Assembly (NCBI GenBank): GCA_030390025.1
Contig: CM059431.1
Span: 153,328,001-153,392,000, forward strand
Length of the DNA stretch: 64,000 bases
Reading direction: 5' to 3'
Source: Squalus acanthias
Taxonomy: Eukaryota
This document shows positions 1 through 12,700 of the stretch, in pieces. Under the pieces are notes generated by a model. That model saw nothing but the letters and a program-made list of their open reading frames with translations. It was not told the origin of the DNA and made no database searches. Made by a program: the position numbers and the translations under genes. Positions within the stretch are counted from its first letter, which is position 1. Every line of letters begins with the position of its first letter.

Positions 1-1199
1 CTATTACATCTTTTATAATGGACTCTAGCATTTTCCCCACTACCGATGTCAGGCTTACTATAATTACTATAATTCCCCATTTTCTCTCTACCACCTTTTT
101 TAAATAGTCGAGTTACATTAGCTAACCTCCAATCCATGGGAACTGTTCCAGAGTCAATAGAATTTTTGAAGATGATCAGCAATGCATCTACTATTTCGAG
201 GGCCACTTCCTTAAGTTCCCTAGGATGCAGATTATCAGGCCCTAGGGATTTATTGACCTTCAATTCCATCAATTTCCCTAACACCATTTCCCTACAAATA
301 CTGATTTCATTCAGTTCCTGCCTCTCATTAGACCCTATGTCCCCAAACATCTCTCGGAGGTTATTTGTGTCCTCCTTTCTGAAAACAGAACCAAAGTATG
401 TATTAAATTGGTTTGCCATTTGTTTGTTCCCCATTATAAATTCCCCTGATTCTGACTGCAAGGGACCTATGCTTGACTTCAACAATGTTTTTTCTCTTCA
501 CATATCTATAGAAGCTTTTACAATCAGTTTTTATGTTCCTGCAAGCTTACTTTAAAATCTATTTTCCCCTTCTTAATTAATCCCTTTGTCCTCATGTGCT
601 GAATACTAAACTGCTCCCAATCCTCAGTTTTGGTGCTTTTTCTGGCCAATTTATATGTCCTCTCCTTTGGATCTTATGCTATCCCAAATTTCCCTTGTTA
701 GCCACGTTTGAGTCACCTTTTTTGTTTTATTTTTATGCCAACAGGGATAAACACATTCTGCAGTTCATCCCTGCAATCTTTAAATGTTTGCCATTGCCTA
801 TCCACCGTCAACCCTTTAAGTAACGTTTCCCAATCCATCCTAGCCAACTCGCGCCTCATACCATCGTAGTTTCCTTTATTTAATTTCAGGACCCTAGTCT
901 CTGAGTCAACTACTTCACTCTCCATCTTAATGAAGAATTCTATCATATTATGATCGCTCCTCCCCAAGGGGCCTCGCACAACAAGATTGCGAATTAATCC
1001 TTTCTCATTACATAATACCCAGTCTAAGATGGCCTGATTTCTATTTGGTTCATCGACACATTGCTCCAGGAAACCATCCTGTATACAGTCTAGGAATTCC
1101 TCGTCCACAGTATTGTTGCTAATTTGGTTAGCCCAATCTATATGTGGATTAAATGCACCAATGATAACTGCTGTGCCCTTATTGCACGCGTCTCTAATG
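1..1199 (-). mobile_element. CR1-type LINE fragment (ORF2 endonuclease C-terminus/linker), 5'-truncated, runs off the left edge of the window
   Basis: Minus ORF 713-1108 (FLEQCVDEPNRNQAILDWVLCNEKGLIRNLVVRGPLGRSDHNMIEF) is the SDH end of an APE endonuclease. It is nearly colinear with the ORF at 6378-7304. Homology stops at ~1199, where the satellite begins. Confidence 0.9.
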
Positions 1200-4100
1200 A
1201 TGGTATGACTTTCTCTTTAAAATATGTCCCTGATGATGAGACACCCTCTTTAAAATGTGTCCCTGATGGTGAGACACACTCTTTAAAAGGGATCCCTGAT
1301 GGTGAGACTCCCTCTTTTAAAGGGGTTCCTGATGGGGAGACTCCCTCTTTAAAAGTGGTCCCTGATGGAGAGTCTCTCTGTTTAAAAGGTTTCCCTGATG
1401 GAGACACTCCCTCTTTAAAAGTGGTCCCTGATGGTGAAACTCTCTCTTTAAAAAGTGTTTCTAATATGGAGATTCTCTTTAAAAGTGGTCTTTGATAGAA
1501 AGACTCCCTCTTTAAATGTATTCCTTAATTGAAAGACTCTCTCTTTAAAATGGATCCCCGAGATGAGACTCCTTTTTTTAACCTACCCCCTGACCGAAAG
1601 ACTGCTTCTTTAAAAGTGTCTCTGATGGTGAAACCCTCTCTGTAAAAGTTGTCCCTGATTGTGATGCTCTCTCTTTAGAAGGAATCCCTGATAGTGAGGC
1701 TCACTCTTTTAAAGTTATCGCTGATGGTGAGACTCACTCTTTAAAAGTGGTCGCTGATGGCGTGACACTCTGTTTAAAAGGGGTCACTGATGGTGAGACT
1801 CCCTCTTAAAAAATGGTCCCTGATGGTGAGACTCCCTCTATAAAAGTGATCCCTGATGGATACTTTCCCTCTTTAAAAGCGGATCCCGCTGGAGAGACTC
1901 TCTCATTAAATGGGTATCCTGACGGTATTACACCATCTTTCAAGGTGTCCCTGATGGGGAGACACCCTCTTTAAAAGTTTTCCCTGATGCAGGCATTCCC
2001 TCTTTAAAATGAGTCCCTGATGCTGAGACTCTCTCTTTAAAAGTGTCTCTGATAGTGACACTCTCTTTATAAAAGGGGTCCCTGATGGTGAGACTTGATA
2101 TTTAAAATGCATCCCTGATTGTAAGTCTCACTCTTTAAAAGGGAACCCTGATGGTCAGACTCACTCTTTAAATGGTGTCGCTGTTGCTAATATTCTCTTT
2201 AAAAGGGCCCCCTGATAGAAAGACTCCCTCTTCAAAATGGCTCCCGAAGGGCGTGACTCCCTCTTTAAAAGGGGTCCCTGATAGATAGACTCTCTATTTA
2301 AATGGGGTCCCTGATAGTGAGATTCCCTCATTAAATGGTGTCCCTGATAGTGAGACTACCTCTTTAAATGTGATCCCTGATGGTGAGACTCCCTCTTTAA
2401 AAGGTGTCGCTGATGGTGAGACTCTCTCTTTTAAAGATGTGCCTAATAGGAAGGTTCTCTTTAAATGGGGTCCCTCATAAAAATACTCCCTCTTTAACAG
2501 AGTCTCTGATGGTGAGTCTCTCTCTTTAAAAAGGGTTCCTGATGGTGAGACACCCTCTTTACAATGGGTCCCTAAGTGTGAGAGTCTCTCTTTAAAAGGG
2601 GTCTCCGATGGTGAGACTCACTCTTTAAAAGGGGTCGCTGATGTAAAGATTCTGTTTGAAAGGTCTCCCTGATAGAAAGACTCCCTCTTTAAAAGGATCT
2701 GCGAAGGTGAGATTCCCTCTTTAAAAGACTCCCTGATAGAAAGACTCCCTCTTCAAAATGGTTCCGGAGTTTGAAATTCACTCTTTAAAAGGGGACCCTG
2801 ATAGTCAGACTCCCTCTTTAAATGGGATCCCTGATGGTGAGACACCCTCTTTAAAAGGGGTCCCTGATGGGTAGACTCCCTCTTTAAATGGGATCCCTGA
2901 TGATGAGATCCCCTCTTTAAAAGAGGTCCCTGATGGTAAGACTCCCTCTTTAATAGAACTCCCTGATGCTAAAACACAATCTTTAAAAGGTTCCCTGATG
3001 GTGACACTCGCTGTTTAAAAGGGATCACTGATGCTGAGACTCTCTATTTAAAATGAGTATTTGATGGGGAGACTCTCTCGTTAAAAGGGGTCCCTGATGG
3101 TAAGATACCCTCTTTAAAAGGGATCCCTTATGGTGAGACTCCCATTTTAAAAGGGGTCCTTGATAGAAAGATATTCTCTTTAAAAGTAGTCCCTGATGTT
3201 GACACTCTCTATCGGGGAGACTCTCTGTTTAAAAGGTGTCACTGATAGGAAGACTCCCTCTTCAAAATTGGTTCCAGATAGAAAGATTCTCTCTTTAAAA
3301 TGGGTCCCTGATGGTGAGACATCCTCTTTAGAAGGGAACTCTGATGGCGAGACTCCCTCTTTAAAAGGTGTCCCTGATGGTGAGATTACTCGTTAATAGG
3401 ACTCCCTGATGCTAAAATACCCTCTTTAAAAGTGTTCCCTGATGGTGATACTCGCTCTTAAAAGGGATCCCTGATGGTGAGACTCTCTCTTTTAAAATGG
3501 TATTTGATGGGGACACTATCTCGTTAAAAGGGGTCCTTGATAGAAAGACTTTCTCTTCAAAAGCGTTTCCTGATGTTGAGACTCTCGATCGGGGAGATTC
3601 TCTGTTTAAAAGGGGTCACTGATAGAATTACTACCTCTTCAAAAGTGGTTCCTGATGGAAAGACTCTCTTTAAAAGGGGTCCCTGATGCTGAGGCTCTCT
3701 AATGGGGAGATCTCTGTTTAAATTAGACTCTGATAGAAAGACTCCCTCTTCAAAGGTGGTTCCTGATAGAAAGACTCTCTCTTTAAAAGAAGTACCTGAT
3801 GGTGAGACTCCTTCTTTAAAAGGGGTCCCTAATGGTTCGATCTCCACTTTAAAAGGGATCCCTGAAAGAAAGACTCTCTCTTTAAAAGGTGTCCCTGATG
3901 GTGAGACTCCCTATTGAAAAGGGGTCCCTGATGGTGAGACTCTTTCTTTAAAAGGTGTCCCTGATGCTGAAACTCCCTCTTTAAAATGGGTCCCTGATGA
4001 AGAATCTCCATTTTTAAAAGGGGTCCCTGGTGGAGAGACTCGCTGATTAACACGTGTCCCTGACGGGGTACTCCCTCTTTAAAATGTGTCGCTGATTGTG

Positions 4101-6307
4101 AGACTCTCTCTTTAAAAGATGTGCCTAATAGGAAGATTTTCTTTTACTGGGGTTTCTGATAAAAAGACTCCCTCTTTAAAAGGGATCCCTGATGGAGAGA
4201 CTCCCTCTTTAAAAGGGGTCCCTGGTGGGGAGATACCCTCTTTACCAGTATCTCTGATGGTGAGGGTTCCCCTTTAAAATAATCCCTGATACAAAGACTC
4301 CCTCTTCAAAATGGGTCCGGAGTTTGAGAATCCGTCTTTAAAAGGGGTTCCTTATAGAAAGAATCTCTCTTGAAAAGGGGTCCCAGTTAGTCAGACTCCC
4401 TCTTTAAATGGGATTCCTGATGGTGAGACTCCCTCTTTAAAAGGGGTCCCTGATGGTGAGACTCCCTCTTTAAAATGATATCTGATGGGGAGACTCTCTC
4501 GTTAAAAGCGGTCCCTGAGGGCAAGATAAACTCTTTAAAAGGGATCCCTTATGGTGAGACTTAATTTATAAAAGGGGTCCCTGATGGAGAGACTTCCTCT
4601 TTAAAAGGAGAACCTGACCGTGCGACTCCCTTTTTAAAAGGGGTCCCTGATAGAAATAATCTCTCTTTAAAAGATATCCCGAATAGGAAGATTCTCTTTA
4701 AATTGGGTCACTGATTGAAAGACTCTGCCTTTATAAGGGGTCCTTTGATAGAAAGATGTTCTCTTTAAAAGTGTTCCCTGATGGGGAGACTCTCTAATGG
4801 GGAGACTCTCTGTTTAAATGGGGTCACTGAAGGAAAGACTCTCTCTTCAAAAGTGGTTCCAGATAGAAAGACACTCTCTTTAAAAGGGGTCACTGATAGT
4901 GAGACTCCCTATTTAAAAGCGGTCCCTGATGGTGAGACAGCTTCTTTAGAAAGGGTCTATGATGGTGAGACTGCCTGTTTTAAAAGGGATCCCTGATGGT
5001 GAGACTTACTCTTTAAAAGGAGAACCTGACGTCGAGACTCTCTTTAAAAGGGGTCCCTGATAGAAATACTCTCTTTAAAAGGTGTCCCTAATAGGAAGAT
5101 TCTCTTTAAATTGGGTCACTGATAGAAAGACTCCCTCTTTAAAAGGGGACCTTGATAGAAAGACTTTCTCTTTAAAAGTGATCCCTGAAGATGAGACTCT
5201 CTAATGGGGAGAATCTCTGTTTAAAAGGATCACTGATAGAAAGACACGTCATCAAAGTGGTTCCTGATAGAAAGACTCTCTCTTTAAAAAAGGTACCTAA
5301 TGGAGAGAGTCCATCTTTAAAATGGGTCCCTGATGGTGAGATTTCCTCTTGAAAAGGGGTCCCTGATGGAGAGATTCCCTCTTTAAAAGGGTCCCTGATG
5401 GAGAGATTCCCTCTTTAAAAGGGATCCCTGATGCTGAAACACCATCTTTTAAAGGTGTCTCTGATGGCGAGACTCTCACTTTAAAAGAAGTGCCTAATAG
5501 GAAGATTTTCTTTAAAAGGGATCCATGATAAAATGTTTCTCGTTTAAAGGGCTCCCTGATAGGAAGAGTCTCTGTTTAAAAGGATCTCTGATGTTGAGAC
5601 TCACTCTTCAAAAGGAGTCCCTGAGTGTGACTATCTCTTTAAAAGGGATCTGTGATGTTGAGTCTCCCTCTTGAAAAGGGGTCTCTATTGGTGAGACTCC
5701 CTCTTTAAAGGGGTCACTGGTGGAGAGACTCTCCAATTTAAATATGTGCATAATAGGAAGATTCTCTTTAAAAGGGGTCCCTGATAAAATCTCTCTTGAA
5801 AAAAGGGCTCCCTGATAGAAAGACTCTCTCTTTAAATGGGTTTCTGATGGTGAGACTCCCTCTTTAAAAGAGCTCCCTGATAGAAAGACTCTCTCTTTAA
5901 AGGGGTCCCTGATGCTGAAACAGCCTCTTAAAAACAGGTCCCTGATGGTGAGACTCCCTCTTTAAAAGGGACACCTGATAGAAAGACTCTCTCTTTAAAT
6001 GGGTTTCTAATGGTGAGAGTCCCTCTTTAAAAGAGCTCCCTGAAAGAAAGACTCTCTCTTTAAAGGGGTCCCTGATGCTGAAACAGCCTCTTAAAAACAG
6101 GTCCCTGATGGTGAGACTCCCTCTTTAAAAGGGACACCTGATAGAAAGACTCTCTCTTTAAATGGGTTTCTAATGGTGAGAGTCCCTCTTTAAAAGGGCT
6201 CCCTGATAGAAAGACTCTCTCTTTAAAAGGGCTCCCTGATAGAAAGACTCTCTCTTTAAAAGGGGTCCCTGATGTTGAAACACCCTCTTTAAAACAGCTC
6301 CCCGATG
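1200..6307 (+). repeat. 33-bp tandem satellite, forward orientation, block 1
   Basis: Monomers like GGGGTCCCTGATGGTGAGACTCCCTCTTTAAAA recur every ~33 bp. This appears as an 11-aa period (KGVPDGETPSL) in the ORF track. Confidence 0.97.
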
Positions 6308-6377
6308 GAAGGGGGCTAGAAACCTATGTAGTGAAATAGAGGAAAGTGAAAGGCAGACAGAAATAAATGGTAAAAGG

Positions 6378-9300
6378 GTGAGGAACAAAAAACAAAGGGC
6401 CAAACTAATTCATAAAAAATGTGAGCATAAAAAAAGCCTGAGGGTTTTATACCTTAATGCGAGAAGCATCAAGACCAAGGTAGATGAATTAGCTGTGGAA
6501 ATAGAGGTTAATAACTATGATCTAATTGGGATTACGGAAACATGGTTGCAGGGTGAGCAGGGCTGGGAGCTTAACATACAGGGGTATTCAGTATTTAGGA
6601 AGGATCGACAAAAAAGAAAGGGAGGAGGGGTAGCATTGCTGGTAAAAGAGGGGATAAATGCAATTGAAAGGATGGATATTAACTCAGTTAATACAGAATC
6701 TATATGGGTGGAGCTAAGAAATAGCGAGGGGCGAAAAACATTAATAGGAGTGGTATATAGGCCTCCAAATAGTAAAATAGAGGTTGGGGAGGGCATCACG
6801 AGGGAAATTAGAGAAGCGTGCAATAAGAGCACAGCTGTCATCATAGGTGACTTTAACTTACATATAGATTGGACTAGCCTAATCAGTAAAAATAATGAGG
6901 AGGAGGAATTCTTTGAGTGTTTAAGGGATGGTTATCTGGATCAATATGTCGAGGAACCAACTCGGGAACAGGCTATATTGGACTGGGTACTGTGCAATGA
7001 GAAGGGACTAATTGGTAATCTTGTTGTACGGGGACCCTTGGGTCAGAGCGATCATAACATGATCGATTTCTCACTCGAAATGGAGAGCGAAGAAATTGAC
7101 TCAGAGACTAAGGTCCTGAATTTAAACAAGGGGAATTATGATGCCATTAGACGGGAACTGAGTAGGTCTGATTGGACAACGTTCCTGGGAGGACTGGAGG
7201 TAGATAAACAATGGCAAGCATTTAAAGATAGAATGACAAAATTGCAAAAATTGTTTATACCAATCTGGCATAAAAGGAAATCTAAAAAGGTGACTCAACC
7301 GTGATTAACAGGGGAAATTAGAGACAGCATAAAATCCAAAGATAGGGCGTATAAAATAGCCAAAAAAAGCGCCAGAGTGGAAGATTGGGAACAGTTTAAG
7401 ATAGAGCAAAGGAGGACAAAGGGCTTAATCAAGAGGGGCAAAATAGCTTACGAAAGCAAGCTGGCGGAAAATATAAAAACTAACTCCAAAAGCTTTTATA
7501 AGTATATCAAGAGGAAAAGACTGGTGAAAACCAAAGTTGGTCCATTGCAGTCAGATACGGGGGAATATATAACGGGAAATAAGGAAATGGCAGACCAACT
7601 AAATGCATACTTTGGGTCAGTCTTTACGAAGGAAGACACAAAAAACCTCCCTGGGATATCGGGAAAAATAGGGACATGGGCAAAGGAGGAACTGACGCAA
7701 ACACGGTGGGCAACACGGTGGCATAGTGGTTAGCACTGGTGCCTCACAGCGCCAGGGACCCGGGTTCGAATCCGACCTCGGGTGACTGTCTGTGTGGAGT
7801 TTGCACATTCTCCCCGTGTCTGCGTGGGTTTCCTCCGGGTGCTCCGGTTTCCTCCCACAGTCCAAAAATGTGCGGGTTAGGTTGATTTGGCTATGATTAA
7901 TTGACCCTTAGTGTTAGGGGGAGATTAAATATGGGGATAGGATGGGATATGTTAGGGGGAATTAAATACGTGAGGTTACGGGGGTAGGGTGAGATATGTG
8001 TACTGTGGGGATTAAAGCAGGGACAGGGTACTGGGTTTGGATGATCAGCCATGATCGTATTGAATGGTGGAGCAGGCTCGACGGGCCGAATGGCCTACTC
8101 CTGCTCCTAGATTCTATGTTTCTATGTTTCTAAATCAATATCTCTAAGGATATGGTGTTAAGGAAGCTAAAGGGATTGAAGGCGGACAAATCCCCAGGGC
8201 CTGATAAAATGCATCCTAGGGTACTGAAGGAGGTGGCCCTAGAGATAGCGGATGCACTAAGTATGATTTTTCAGAATTCATTAGACTCGGGAACAGTGCC
8301 CATGGATTGGAGGGTAGCTAACGTTACCCCACTATTCAAAAAGGGGGGTAGGGAAAAAGCAGGTAATTACAGACCTGTAAGCCTTACATCAGTTGTGGGC
8401 AAAATGCTGGAGTCCATCATTAAGGATGAAATAGCGGAGCACTTAGCAAATGGGGACAGAATAGGACAGAGTCAACATGGATTTACAAAGGGTAAATCGT
8501 GCTTGACTAATCTATTGGAATTTTTTGAGGGAGTAACTGGTAAAATAGATGGGGGAGAGCCAGTAGATGTGGTGTACCTGGACTTCCAAAAGGCCTTCGA
8601 CAAGGTCCCACATAAAAGATTAGCATGGAAAATTGAAGCTCATGGGATAAAGGGGAAAGTATTGACGTGGATAGAGAACTGGCTGTCAGATAGAAAACAG
8701 AGAGTTGGAATAAACGGCTCATTTTCTGAATGGCAGGCAGTAACAAGTGGGGTACCACAGGGATCTGTCCTGGGTCCCCAGCTGTTCACAATTTGCATTA
8801 ATGACCTGGATCAGGGAGTCGGATGCAGCATTTCCAAATTTGCAGACGACACTAAACTAGGAGGGGGGGTGGGCTCAGAGGAGGAGACCAGGAAGCTCCA
8901 GAGCGATTTGGACAGACTGGGTGATTGGGCGGATAAATGGCAGATGCACTATAATGTGGACAAGTGCGAAGTTATCCACCTTGGGTGCAGGAACGGGAGG
9001 GCAAATTATTATTTAAATGGCAATTAATTGGGAGAGGGGGAAGTACAGAGAGACCTGGGTGTTCTTGTACACCAGTCACTGAAGGCGAGCATGCAGGTGC
9101 AACAGGCGGTCAAGAAGGCAAACGGTATGCTGGCCTTCATAGCAAAAGTGTTGGAATACAGGAACAGGGATACCTTGCTGCAGCTGTACAGGGCACTGGT
9201 GAGACCACACCTCGAGTACTGTGTACAGTTTTGGCCGCCTCATCTGAGGAAAGATGTTCTTGCCATGGAGGGGGTGCAGCGGCGATTCACCAGGCTGATA

Positions 9301-9678
9301 CCAGGAATGGCGGGATTGACCTATTAGGAGAGACTATGTAGTTTAGGGATGTACACACTGGAGTTTAGAAGATTGAGAGGGGACCTCATAGAAGTGTATA
9401 AAATTCTGACAGGTCTAGACAGACTAGATGCAGAAGGAATGTTTCCCTTGGCGGGTGAGAACAGAACTAGAGGACATAATTTAAGGATAAGGGCTAAACC
9501 ATTTAGGACAGAAATGAGGGGGAATTTCTTCACTCAGAGGGTGGTGAACCTGTGGAACTCATTGCCACAGAGGGCAGTGTACGCCAGCTCATTAAATATA
9601 TTTAAGAGGGAATTAGATATATTTCTACAGGCAAAAGGGGTTAAGGGTTACGGAGAGAAGGCGGGGACGGGATACTGA
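6378..9678 (+). pseudogene. CR1 ORF2 (APE endonuclease + reverse transcriptase), disrupted
   Basis: EN motifs YLNARS, ITETW, GDFN, SDH. RT motifs NYRPVSLTS, LDFQKAFD, GVPQGSVLGP, FADD. In-frame stops at 7302-7304, 9025-9027 and 9325-9327, plus the SINE insertion at 7702-8131. Confidence 0.93.
7702..8131 (+). mobile_element. tRNA-derived V-SINE (HE1-like) with CR1-type 3' tail
   Basis: Pol III box A TGGCATAGTGG and box B GGTTCGAATCC. V-domain-like TGTGTGGAGTTTGCACATTCTCCCCGTGTCTGCGTGGGTTTCCTCCGGGTGCTCCGGTTTCCTCCCACA. The 3' ~90 bp matches the LINE 3' UTR, with a (TTTCTATG)n tail. Removing it restores LINE ORF2 (KEELTQ|INISKDMVLRK). AAA flanks both sides. Confidence 0.92.
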
Positions 9679-9778
9679 ATTGGAGGATCAGCCATGATCT
9701 CATTAAATGGCGGAGCAGGCTCGAAGGGCCGGATGGCCTACTCCTACTCCTATCTTCTATGTATCTATGTATCTATGT

Positions 9779-12700
9779 TCGACTCACTCTTTAAAAGGGC
9801 CCCCTGATAGAAAGACACCATCTTTCAAATGGTCTCTGACGGTGAGACTCTATCTTTAAAAGGTGTGCCTGATATTGAGACAGCCTCTTTAAAAGGGGTC
9901 CCTGATGGTGAGACTCCCTCTTTAATAGGAGTCCCTGATGCTGATACACCCAATTTAAAAGGGATCCCTGATGGTGAGATTGCCTCTTTAAAAGGTGTCA
10001 CAGTGGGGAAAATCTCTCTTTAAAAGTTGTCCCTAATAGAAGACACCCTCTTTAAAAGTTATCCCTGATAGAAAGACTTTCCCTTTAAAATGGGTCCCCG
10101 AGGGTGAGACTACGGGGTAAAAATTCAGTTGGTTGCGCCTCCCATTAGCGCCTTAAGAGGGCGCTAATGGGGCGCAAAGCCACTAACGCCCGGGTGCAGC
10201 GATGTTTGCGCCGGGTCGGGAACTTAACTAGACATTGTGCGGCGGCGCTAAACTTTACCGCTGCGACCACCTGCGCGTGCAGATTGTGACGTCATTCCAT
10301 GGTGCAACGCCCTTGTGCCGCCCCGGAGCGGAAATTGAGTGGCGCCCCCTGCCTTACCGCCTGACGCTAGCTACGACCAGAAGACTGGAACGCTATCAAT
10401 CGCTGTGAGGCTTGGGGGGGCGCTATTTAAAGGGGGCCTCTTCCTGTCTTTTATTGTTGGTGGCATTTTTGAACTACGCATTCTGAGAGAGAGAGGGAGA
10501 GACTTCTGGAGAGATTCAACGTTGTGTGAAGGAGTTTTGGGTACTGAGCAGCACTTTGCAGGTACATTTTGATTTGCCATTCCTTGTATCGATTTAGAAG
10601 AGACTGTGGGGGCTGCACTCTGAGCTCTTTGCCTGGTACAATCCATTGTTCTTTCCTGCACATTTGATGTGCAAGTCTCTCCAGGCCGAGATTCAAGGCT
10701 GCAATGAACAGGATGTGGATGGAAAGCAAGATTAACCATCCCCTTTAAGAACTGGCCCGTGCCATTGTGTGTGTGTTCCATTGCTGACTGACATTACATG
10801 AGCTTCGCCAGCGCTTTGAGGTAGCGCCTCACTCCTTGGCCTTTGCGCCTTAAGACAGGTGTGCAGCGCCTGATTTAGCGCTCCACTCACCTCCCGGGGC
10901 GGTAAAAGTGAAGTTTCCAGTCAGTGGCGATAATTATCGACAGGCGCTAATATTTCCATCTAGACGATATTTGCGCCCCAAATGGGGCGCAACCTAATTT
11001 TTACCCCTACATCTTTAAAAGGGGTCCCTGATAGAATTAATCTCTATTTAAAAGGTGTCCCTGATGATGATACTCCCTCTTTAAAAGGGGTCCCTGATAG
11101 TGTGACTGCCTCTTTTAAAGTGTTCCCTGACGGTGAGACTCCCTCTTTTAAAGGGTTCCCTGATGATGAGACTCCCTCTTTAAAAGGGGTCCCGAAGTGT
11201 GAGAATCTCTCTTTAAAAGGCATCTCTGATGGTGCAGACTCACTCTTTAAAATGGGTCCCTGATGTTAAGACTCTCTTTAAAACGACTCCCTGATAGAAA
11301 GATTACCTCTTTAAACGGGTCTCTGATGGTGAGAATCTCTCTTTTTAAAGGTCTCCCTGATAGATAGACTCCCTCTTTAAAAGTTATCCCTGATGATGAG
11401 ACTCACTGTTTAAAAGGGATCCCTGACGTTGAGTCTTCCTCTTTAAAGGGCCCCTGTTGGAGAGAATCTCTCTTTAAAAGATATCCCTAAAAGGAAGATT
11501 CACTTTAAAAGGTGTCCCTGATGCTGAAACACCCTCTTTAAAATGGCTCCATGATAGAAAGACTCCCTCTTTAAAAGGGATACCTCATGGTGAGTCTAAG
11601 ACTTTTATAGGTCTCCATGGTGGTGAGACTCACTCTTTAAAAGGGCTCCCTGATAGAAAGACTCCCTATTTAAAAGATAATCTGACGGTTAGACTCTCAC
11701 TTTAAAAGTGATCCCTGATGGTGAGAGTCTCTTTAAAAGGGGTCCCTCTTGGAGAGGCTCTTCCATTAAAAGGGGTCCCTGACCGGAATACTCCCTCTTT
11801 TAAAGGGGCCCCAGATGATGAGACTCTCTCTTTAAAAGGGGTCCCAAATGCAGAAGAAACCTCTTTAAAAGGGGTCCCTGATTGGGGCACTACCAATTTA
11901 AAAGATTTCCCTGATGGCGAGACTATCTCTTTAAAATGGGACACCCTCTTTAAAAGGGGTCCCTGATGGTTAGCCTGCCTCTTTAATAGGAGTCCCAAAT
12001 GGGGAGACTCTCTCTTTAAAAGGTGCCACTGATAGAAAGAAGCCTTCTTTAAAAGGTGTCACTGAAAGAACGACTCTCTCTTTGAAATGTGTCCCCGTGG
12101 GTGAGACTCCCACTTTAAAATGTGTTCCTGATAGAAAGACTCCCTTTTAAAAGATGTCGCGGAAGGTGAGACTCCCTTTTTAAAAGGGGTTCCTGATGGT
12201 GTGACTCTCTGTATGAAATGGTTCCTTGATGGTCAGACTCTCGCTTTAAAAGAATTCCCTGATGTTGAGACTGCCTCTCTAAAAGGCGTCCCTGATGGCG
12301 AGACTCTCTCTTTAAAAGGCGTTCCTGATGTTGAGACTCCCTCTTTCAATGGGGTCCCTGATGGTTAGACTCTCTCTTTAAAATGTGTCCGTAATAGGAT
12401 GATTCTCGTTCAAAGGGTTGACTGATGGTGGGACTATCTCTTGAAAATAGGTCACTGATTGTGAGACTCTCTCTTTAATAGGAGTCCCTGATGGTGAGAC
12501 TCCCTCTTTAATAGAAATCCCTGATGCTGAAACAGTATCTTTAAAAGGGGTCCCTGATGGTGAGACACCCTCTTTAAACGGTGACCCTAATGGGGAGATA
12601 CTCTCTTTATAAGGGATCCCTGATTGAAAGTCTTCTTCTTTAAAAAGTGTCCCTGATGCTGAAACACCCTTGTTAAATGGGGTCCCTGATGGTGAGCCGC

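Larger units (their letters stand above)
6308..9778 (+). mobile_element. CR1-type LINE (HER1-like), truncated just upstream of ORF2, interrupted by a SINE
   Basis: EN, RT and C-terminal ORF2 segments in order. The 3' UTR GATCAGCCATGATC...GGCGGAGCAGGCTCGAAGGGCCGGATGGCCTACTCC is followed by a (TATCTATG)n tail at ~9755-9778. Confidence 0.95.

Noticed and set aside
7702..7790. tRNA gene
   Set aside because: A and B boxes are present, but it continues into a SINE body and LINE-like tail, so it is a SINE head.
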